NCBI GenBank assembly: GCA_028818565.1
Contig: JAPPNV010000307.1
Span: 16,374-80,373 of the forward strand
From: Rhodospirillales bacterium
GTDB taxonomy: Bacteria > Pseudomonadota > Alphaproteobacteria > UBA828
Reading direction: 5' to 3'
DNA: 64,000 nt
The notes under the pieces are model-generated. The model was given only the letters and a program-made list of their open reading frames with translations, was not told the origin of the DNA and ran no database searches. The position numbers and the translations under genes are program-made. This document shows, piece after piece, positions 56,117 through 64,000 of this stretch. The stretch's first letter is position 1; the number at the start of each line of letters is the position of its first letter.

Positions 56117-57784
56117 ATGAAAGCGTCCGATCTTCTGGTCAAGTGCCTCGAAACCGAGGGCGTGACCCACATCTTCGGCATTCCCGGCGAGGAGAACGCC
56201 GACGTGATGATGTCGCTGATGGAGAGCGACATCGACTTCGTCCTCTGCCGCCACGAGCAGGCAGCCGCCTTCATGGCCGACGTCTACGGCCGGCTCACGG
56301 GCAAGGCCGGCGTCTGCCTCGGCACACTGGGCCCGGGCGCCACCAACCTCGTGACCGGCGTCGCCGACGCCAACATGGACCGCGCGCCGCTGGTCTGCCT
56401 CATCGGCCAGGCCGGCACCCAGCGCCTCCACAAGGAGAGCCACCAGAACATGGACTCGGTCTCCATGTTCCGCCCCATCACCAAGTGGGCGCAGACGGTG
56501 CACCAGCCGGACAACATCCCCGAGATCGTGCGCAAGGCCTTCAAGGTCGCCGAGGCCGAGAAGCCGGGCGCGGTGCTGATCGAGCTGCCGGAGGATATCG
56601 CCGAGCACGAGGCGGCTGGCGCACCGATTGCCCCGATCAAGACGCGGCGCCCCGGCGCCGACTACAAGGCGGTAGCGCGGGCGGTGGACGCGATCATGGG
56701 CGCCAGGAACCCGCTGATCCTGGCCGGCAACGGCGCCATCCGCAAGCGCGCGTCCACGCAGCTCAGGCGCCTCGCGGACCTCACCGGCATCGGCGTCGTC
56801 AACACCTTCATGGGCAAAGGGGCCGTTCCCAGGAGCGACGAGCACTGCCTCTACACCGTGGGCCTGCAGGGCAAGGACCACATCATCGCAGCGCTGCGCG
56901 AGGCGGACGTGATCGTCTCCGTCGGCTACGACCTGGTGGAGTATTCGCCCGCCTTCTGGAACCGGGGCGCGGAGAAGACCATCGTCCATATCGACTTCTG
57001 GCCGGCCGAGGTGGACGGCGACTACCAGGTAGAGGTCGACGTCGCCGGCGACATCGCCGATGCGCTCTGGCAGATCAACGAGGAGATCGAGCGGCGCAGC
57101 GCGGACGGCGGCGACGGCCTGCCGCTCTTCGATATCGGTAACCGGCAGGCGCTCCGCACCACCATCCACGACGACCTCACGGCGGAACGGGGCAGCAGCC
57201 ACTTCCCCATGCGCCCGCAGAAGGTGCTCTACGACGTGCGCAGCGTCATGGGGCCGGAGGACGTGCTGCTCTCGGACGTGGGCGCCCACAAGATGTGGAT
57301 CGCCCGCTACTACCAGTGCGACGAGGCGAACACCTGCCTGATCTCCAACGGCTTTTGCACCATGGGCTTCGCCTTCCCCGGCTCCCTCGGGGCGAAGATA
57401 GCCATGCCGGAGCGGCGCATCCTCTCGATCAACGGCGATGCCGGGTTCTTCATGAACGCGCAGGACATGGAGACCGCAGTCAGGCGCAGGCTCAACGTGG
57501 TCGCCATGATCTGGATGGACGGCGCCTACGGGCTGATCGAGTGGAAGCAGCGGAACGCCTTCGACGGCCGGCACTTCGACCTCTCGTTCACCAACCCCGA
57601 TCTCGCGCTCTGGGCCCAGTCCTACGGCGCCTGGGGCCGCACCATCGAGAAGGCCGGCGAGCTCGTGCCGGCGCTGGAGGAGGCGTTCCAGCAGCCGGGG
57701 CCGGCGGTGATCGGCGTGCCCATCGACTACGGCGAGAACATGAAGCTGTCTGCGCGCCTCGGGAAGATCGAATACCCGATCTGA
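56117..57784 (+). CDS. acetolactate synthase large subunit-type thiamine-diphosphate enzyme
   Basis: MKASDLLVKCLETEGVTHIFGIPGEEN... is a TPP-enzyme N-terminus. The central domain and the C-terminal TPP-binding motif (INGDAGFFMNAQDMETAVR...) are present. Confidence 0.85.
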   Translation: MKASDLLVKCLETEGVTHIFGIPGEENADVMMSLMESDIDFVLCRHEQAAAFMADVYGRLTGKAGVCLGTLGPGATNLVTGVADANMDRAPLVCLIGQAGTQRLHKESHQNMDSVSMFRPITKWAQTVHQPDNIPEIVRKAFKVAEAEKPGAVLIELPEDIAEHEAAGAPIAPIKTRRPGADYKAVARAVDAIMGARNPLILAGNGAIRKRASTQLRRLADLTGIGVVNTFMGKGAVPRSDEHCLYTVGLQGKDHIIAALREADVIVSVGYDLVEYSPAFWNRGAEKTIVHIDFWPAEVDGDYQVEVDVAGDIADALWQINEEIERRSADGGDGLPLFDIGNRQALRTTIHDDLTAERGSSHFPMRPQKVLYDVRSVMGPEDVLLSDVGAHKMWIARYYQCDEANTCLISNGFCTMGFAFPGSLGAKIAMPERRILSINGDAGFFMNAQDMETAVRRRLNVVAMIWMDGAYGLIEWKQRNAFDGRHFDLSFTNPDLALWAQSYGAWGRTIEKAGELVPALEEAFQQPGPAVIGVPIDYGENMKLSARLGKIEYPI

Positions 57785-57881
57785 TTTCGCCGAGGTCCCT
57801 GGCCCGAAGCGCCCGCTCACGTTGACTTGGAGGCGCCGTGAACGGATAGTGCGCGCTTTCCAAATCCCGGGAGGCGCTGCC

Positions 57882-59051
57882 GTGTCCACCTCATTGATGG
57901 CCAACTATGGCCGCTTCGACCTTACCTTCGAGCGGGGCGAGGGGTCGTATCTCTATACGGCTGACGGCGAGCGCTACCTGGATTTCGGCTGCGGCATCGG
58001 CGTGACCAGCCTGGGCCACGCGCATCCGCACGTGATCGCGGCGCTGGAGGCCCAGAGCAAGGAGCTCTGGCACGTCTCGAACCTCTACCATATTCCGCCG
58101 CAGGCGCGCTTGGCCGAGCGGCTCACCGCCGCGTCCTTCGCCGACCGTGTGCTCTTCTGCAATTCCGGCGCGGAAGCGATGGAGTGCGCGATCAAGCTCG
58201 CGCGCATCTATCAGACCAGCCGCGGCGAGCCCGAGCGCTACCGCGTGGTCACCTTCCGCAACGCCTTCCACGGGCGGACGCTCGCGACCATCGCGGCCGG
58301 CGCTCAGGCCAAGCACCTCAAGGGCTTCGAGCCGGCCGTCGACGCCTTCGATCAGGTCGATCTCAACGATCTCGATGCGACCCGCGCCGCCATCGGCGAC
58401 GAGACCGCAGCACTGCTGGTCGAGCCGATCCAGGGCGAGGGCGGCGTCCATCCGGCGACCGACGCGTTCCTGCAGGGCCTGCGCGCGCTCGCCGACGAGG
58501 CCGGGCTCGTGCTGATCTTCGACGAGGTGCAGTGCGGCGTCGGCCGCACCGGCCGGCTTTTCGCCCACGAGTGGGCAGGCGTGACGCCCGACATCATGGC
58601 GGTCGCCAAGGCGCTCGGGAACGGCTTCCCCATCGGCGCCTGCCTCGCGCGGGAGGAGGTCGCGGCGGCGATGGTTCCCGGCAGCCACGGCACCACCTTC
58701 GGCGGCAACCCGCTGGCGACCGCAGTGGCCAACGCCGTGCTCGACGTGGTGCTCGCCGACGGCTTCCTCGACACCGTGCAGAAGAACGCCGCGCTGCTGG
58801 CCGAGCGGCTGACCGCGCTCGCCGGCAACAAGAGCGTCTACACCGGCGTGCGCGGCCGGGGAATGATGCTGGGGCTGGAGTGCGTCGTGCCCAACATGGA
58901 GCTGCTCGGCGCGCTGCGCGAGAACAAGGTGCTGGCGCTGCCGGCGGACAGCAACATCCTGCGCATGCTGCCCCCGCTCAACATCGGCGAGACCGAGATC
59001 GACGAAGCCTGCGATGCGTTGGAGCGGGCCCTCTCCCAGGTGGGGTCGTGA
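57882..59051 (+). CDS. argD: acetylornithine aminotransferase
   Basis: GTG at 57882 has GGGAGG 8 nt upstream (MSTSLMANYGRFDL...). The ATG at 57897 is an alternative start. Class III aminotransferase motifs DEVQCGVGRTG and AKALGNGFPIGA are present. Confidence 0.85.
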   Translation: MSTSLMANYGRFDLTFERGEGSYLYTADGERYLDFGCGIGVTSLGHAHPHVIAALEAQSKELWHVSNLYHIPPQARLAERLTAASFADRVLFCNSGAEAMECAIKLARIYQTSRGEPERYRVVTFRNAFHGRTLATIAAGAQAKHLKGFEPAVDAFDQVDLNDLDATRAAIGDETAALLVEPIQGEGGVHPATDAFLQGLRALADEAGLVLIFDEVQCGVGRTGRLFAHEWAGVTPDIMAVAKALGNGFPIGACLAREEVAAAMVPGSHGTTFGGNPLATAVANAVLDVVLADGFLDTVQKNAALLAERLTALAGNKSVYTGVRGRGMMLGLECVVPNMELLGALRENKVLALPADSNILRMLPPLNIGETEIDEACDALERALSQVGS

Positions 59052-59953
59052 CGCAGCCCCGCCACTTTCTCGATTTCGACGGGATCGACGCCGCCACGCT
59101 GCGCGCGACCATCGACCGGGCACGCACGCTCAAGGGGCGGAACGGCGCCGCGCCGCTCGTCGGCAAGACGCTGGCCGCGATCTTCGAGAGCCCGTCGACG
59201 CGGACGCGGGTCTCGTTCGAGGTCGCCATGGACGAGCTCGGCGGCAAGACCATCACCATGACGGCGGCCGACATGCAGCTCGGGCGCGGCGAGACCATCG
59301 AGGACACCGCGCGCGTGCTCTCGCGCTACGTCGATGCCATCGCGCTGCGCACGCGCTCCCACGAGACACTGCTGGCGCTCGCCGATGGCGCGAGCGTGCC
59401 GGTCATCAACGCGCTCTCCGACCGCAGCCACCCCTGCCAGCTGGTGGCTGACGTGATGACCTATGAGGAGTACCGGGGCCCCATCGAGGGTCGCACGGTG
59501 GCCTGGCTGGGCGACGGCAACAACATGGCCGCCACCTGGGTGCAGACCGCCGCGCACTGCGGCTTCAGCCTGCGCCTCGCCTGCCCGGCTGCCTACCCGC
59601 CGCCGCGCGAGATCGTCGCCTGGGCGAAGGAGCGGGGCGCCGATATCGAGGTGGGTACCGACGTGGCCAGCGCGGTGACCGGCGCCGACTGCGTGGTGAC
59701 CGACACCTGGGTGTCGTTGCACGACGACCCCGCGCGCAAGGGCAACGTGTCGTTCGAGCCTTTCCGGGTCGACGAAGCGGTGATGGCGATGGCAGCGCCC
59801 GACGCAATCTTCATGCACTGCCTGCCGGCGAAGCGCGGCTGCGAGGTGACCGACGCGGTGCTCGACGGCCCGCAGTCCGTGGTGCTCGACGAGGCGGCCA
59901 ACCGCGTGCCCGCGCAGAAGGCAATCCTGCTCTGGTGCCTCGAGGGCGGGTGA
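59048..59953 (+). CDS. argF: ornithine carbamoyltransferase
   Basis: GTGA overlap with the argD stop. The STRTR carbamoyl-phosphate motif, the HPCQ ornithine motif and HCLP are present. Confidence 0.85.
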   Translation: MTQPRHFLDFDGIDAATLRATIDRARTLKGRNGAAPLVGKTLAAIFESPSTRTRVSFEVAMDELGGKTITMTAADMQLGRGETIEDTARVLSRYVDAIALRTRSHETLLALADGASVPVINALSDRSHPCQLVADVMTYEEYRGPIEGRTVAWLGDGNNMAATWVQTAAHCGFSLRLACPAAYPPPREIVAWAKERGADIEVGTDVASAVTGADCVVTDTWVSLHDDPARKGNVSFEPFRVDEAVMAMAAPDAIFMHCLPAKRGCEVTDAVLDGPQSVVLDEAANRVPAQKAILLWCLEGG

Positions 59954-60014
59954 GCATTTCGGCCCCGCCGCCCATCCTCTGACGGACCATGCCGACCGTT
60001 GCTGAATTATGTCA

Positions 60015-60059
60015 TTGACACTTTAGCCTTTTTGTTGCATTGTTACGAACGAATAGAAT
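60015..60059 (+). promoter_or_regulatory. sigma70-like promoter candidate upstream of the wHTH-VapC pair
   Basis: The region is AT-rich. TTGACA is at 60015-60020. TAGAAT is at 60054-60059, with a TTTGTT/TTGTTG -35-like element 17 nt upstream. The SD GGGGAA and the GTG start are about 30 nt downstream. Confidence 0.35.
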
Positions 60060-60087
60060 CACATCGTCGCGATCGGGGAATGGTGCC

Positions 60088-60638
60088 GTGCCGACAATCC
60101 GAATTTCTGACGAATCGATGCAGCGACTGAAGGCGTGGGCGGAACCGCTCGTGGACTCGGCAGACTCGGCCCTTGCGAAGGCGCTGGACGCCGCCGAACG
60201 CTATCGTGAGACGCACGCCCCATCGGCCATCGGCCCCGGCGATCATGCTCCGGGGCTACCGGAGAAGACCGTTAGAGAGCCCCTCATGGATGTCATCTAT
60301 GAGCGAGGTGGCAGCGCGAGCGGGCGCGATGTTTATCCGGCCCTGAGAGAGCGCATGAAGCACTACATGACGCCCGGCGATTTCGACCGAATCAACTCGG
60401 GCGACAATAGATGGAGAAGTACCGTGAAGTCGGCACGCGAAGACCTGGTTCAAGAGGGATATCTCCGCGACGATTCGCCGCGCGGCGTCTGGGCGCTGTC
60501 CGACGCAGGCGTCGCGTTGGTCGAGAGCCGGCGTGTGGCGTCCTCGGGGAGCTTCGTTGACCACCTCCTCGCGTTTCCGGATGTGGGCGAAGATTCCGAC
60601 TTCGATCAGCCGCGCTCGGGCCCGCGGCCGGTGGACCT

Positions 60639-60642
<4 letters not shown>
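60088..60642 (+). CDS. winged-helix protein (Mrr-N-terminal-domain-like), putative antitoxin/partner of VapC
   Basis: GTG start with GGGGAA SD gives MPTIRISDESMQRLKAWAEPLVDSADSALAKALDAAERYRE.... The C-terminal half (VYPALRERMKHYMTPGDFDRINSGDNRWRSTVKSAREDLVQEGYLRDDSPRGVWALSDAGVALVE) resembles the Mrr_N winged-helix domain. The stop overlaps the VapC GTG (GTGA). Confidence 0.5.
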
Positions 60643-62571
<1,929 letters not shown>

Positions 62572-62594
62572 AAGAGACGACGGGAGGCAGAACG

Positions 62595-63137
62595 ATGAGC
62601 GACGACATCATCAGCGTAGACGAGTTCGAGAAGACGCGGGTGGCGCGCTTCGACCAGCTCCATGGCAGCACGCTGCCCATGCTGGACGCGGTGATCCCCG
62701 GCTGCGAGCGCGAGATCTTCCACATCATCGGGCGCGGCGTCGGCGAGGACGCGACTCAGAAGGCCGCGATCACCGACAACCGGGACTTCAACGTCGCCGT
62801 GGTGCGCTGCGAAGCCGGCAAGGGCACGCTGCACCACGACCACGAGACCAACGAGGTCTTCATGCCGCTCAAGGGCCGCTGGAAGATCTTCTGGGGGGAC
62901 GACGAGGACACCCGCTGCGTCTTCCTCGACCCGTGGGACGTGGCCTCCTGCCCGCCCCACGTGATGCGGGGTTTCCGCAACGTGAGCGACGAGGAAGGCC
63001 TGCTCTTCGTCATCGTCGGCGCCACCGACCCCGGCCGGGTGACCTGGCGCGACGACGTGCTGGAGGAGGCCGAGCGCCGCGGCCACAAGCTGACCGAGAG
63101 CGGCAGCATCGAGCAGGTGCCGGCGGCAGCCGAATAG
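62595..63137 (+). CDS. cupin-domain protein
   Basis: ATG at 62595 has GGGAGG 8 nt upstream. GKGTLHHDHETNEVFMPLKGRWKIFWG is a cupin two-His/Glu motif. An alternative start at 62568 would ATGA-overlap the hydantoinase stop. Confidence 0.7.
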   Translation: MSDDIISVDEFEKTRVARFDQLHGSTLPMLDAVIPGCEREIFHIIGRGVGEDATQKAAITDNRDFNVAVVRCEAGKGTLHHDHETNEVFMPLKGRWKIFWGDDEDTRCVFLDPWDVASCPPHVMRGFRNVSDEEGLLFVIVGATDPGRVTWRDDVLEEAERRGHKLTESGSIEQVPAAAE

Positions 63138-63176
63138 CCGCGCTCGGCGCCGCCTCTAACTGCCGGCGGCGAACCG

Positions 63177-64000
63177 TTACGAGACGAGGGTCGGCCAGCG
63201 GTCGCGCCAAGGCCGTGCGGCCTCGAAGGCCGCCGCAGCCCGCAACACCATCGGGTCGTCTAGGTGGCGGCCCACGATCTGGAGCCCCACCGGCAGCCCG
63301 TCCGCCGTCCAGCCGGCCGGCACGCTGGCGGCGGGCTGGCCGGTCATGTTGAGCGGGAAGGTGAAGGCGAGCCAAGCGAAGGGCGGCACCAGGCGCCCCT
63401 CGATGATCTCCGGCCCCTGCATGTAGAGCCCGAAGGGCGGGCACGCCAGCGTCGGCGTCAGCAGGACGTCGTAGTTCCGCATGAAGCGCCACATCTTGTT
63501 GACCACCGCCTTCCGCCCGATCACGGAATTCGTGAGGTCTTCGGCGGTCCAGGGGCGAGTGATGAAATCCACCAGATGCGGCGTCATCTGCGCGCCGTGC
63601 TCGGCCACCAGCCGGCGCATCCCGGCGAGGTCGGTCTCCGCCGCCACCAGGCCCCAGAAGGTGAAGTAGGGGTCGTCCCAGCCGGGGTCGGCCTCCTCCA
63701 CGGTGCAGCCGAGGTCGCTCTCGAACACCTTCACCGCTTCGCCCACGATCCGGCGCACCTCGGGATCGACCGCGGCGTAGCCCCAGTCGGCGCTGTAGGC
63801 GACGCGGCAGCCCCTGAGATCGCCGCCCACGTCCGTCCAGTCGAAATCGGCGGCGGGCAGTGAGTGGCGGTCGCGATCGTCCGGCCCGGCCATGACCGAG
63901 AGCATGAGGCTTGAGTCCGCCACCGTCCGCGACAGGGGGCCGATGTGCTCGACCCCCTCCCAGCTGGAGACTCCGGGGTAGCGCTCGTCCCGGCACCCGG
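63177..64000 (-). CDS. amidase-signature family amidase (C-terminal part; N-terminus lies beyond the window)
   Basis: The frame stays open to the window edge. The upstream translation ...GCPDERYPGVSSWEGVEHIGPLSRTVADSSLMLSVMAGPDD... matches the amidase-signature region (GGSSGG...GPLARTVEDAA..LL.V.AG). Confidence 0.75.
   Translation of the reverse strand, partial: GCRDERYPGVSSWEGVEHIGPLSRTVADSSLMLSVMAGPDDRDRHSLPAADFDWTDVGGDLRGCRVAYSADWGYAAVDPEVRRIVGEAVKVFESDLGCTVEEADPGWDDPYFTFWGLVAAETDLAGMRRLVAEHGAQMTPHLVDFITRPWTAEDLTNSVIGRKAVVNKMWRFMRNYDVLLTPTLACPPFGLYMQGPEIIEGRLVPPFAWLAFTFPLNMTGQPAASVPAGWTADGLPVGLQIVGRHLDDPMVLRAAAAFEAARPWRDRWPTLVS

Overview
This is a high-GC (roughly two-thirds G+C) chromosomal segment that looks alphaproteobacterial. 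The co-directional array plsY-dprA-topA-rnr and the MtnK, PxpBC and Liv-type ABC genes fit that assignment. It is densely coding: about 60 genes, no rRNA, tRNA or CRISPR found.

From the start of the window the content is:
- **1-2031:** a copper/oxidative-stress set (CueR-type MerR, cytochrome c, beta-carbonic anhydrase, Cu/Zn SodC).
- **2100-11000:** housekeeping and catabolic genes (luciferase-like monooxygenase, oligopeptidase B, membrane dipeptidase, MtnK, RidA, class III aminotransferase), plus a lone low-GC FAD-oxidoreductase gene that looks horizontally acquired.
- **~12420-14650:** a low-GC islet carrying a Sel1-repeat secreted protein and a His-rich tandem-repeat membrane protein. It sits next to a frameshifted orphan sugar ABC permease.
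- **14656-18878:** PxpB/PxpC and a type-2 LeuC/LeuD-like dehydratase pair.
- **18956-30166:** a long minus-strand array (phytase-like, MFS, RNase R, TopA, DprA, PlsY, MDR dehydrogenase, HDAC-family, ArsC).
- **30165-40916:** an MscS-family channel, then a Liv-type ABC transporter operon fused to two acetoacetate-decarboxylase-family paralogs, then SurE.
- **41104-51804 (most unusual part):** a nine-gene plus-strand cluster. It combines PEP-utilising-enzyme modules (one protein with a mobile phosphohistidine domain, an unknown 517-aa partner, and a pyruvate-phosphate-dikinase-like protein lacking its PEP/pyruvate-binding barrel) with a three-subunit biotin-dependent carboxylase, an acyl-CoA ligase and a thiolase. 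It is followed by 3-hydroxyacyl-CoA dehydrogenase, an MDR alcohol dehydrogenase and SDRs. I read this as a candidate undescribed enol-phosphate/biotin-dependent carboxylation route for a ketone-like substrate. This is inference, not proven.
- **52728-64000:** a thiolase N-terminal remnant, an MscS C-terminal remnant, a VapC toxin paired with an atypical 184-aa Mrr-N-like winged-helix partner, acetolactate synthase, argD-argF, and a dihydropyrimidinase-cupin-amidase set.

Coordinates of gene starts were derived from the supplied ORF track plus residue offsets. A few starts (marked) are uncertain.
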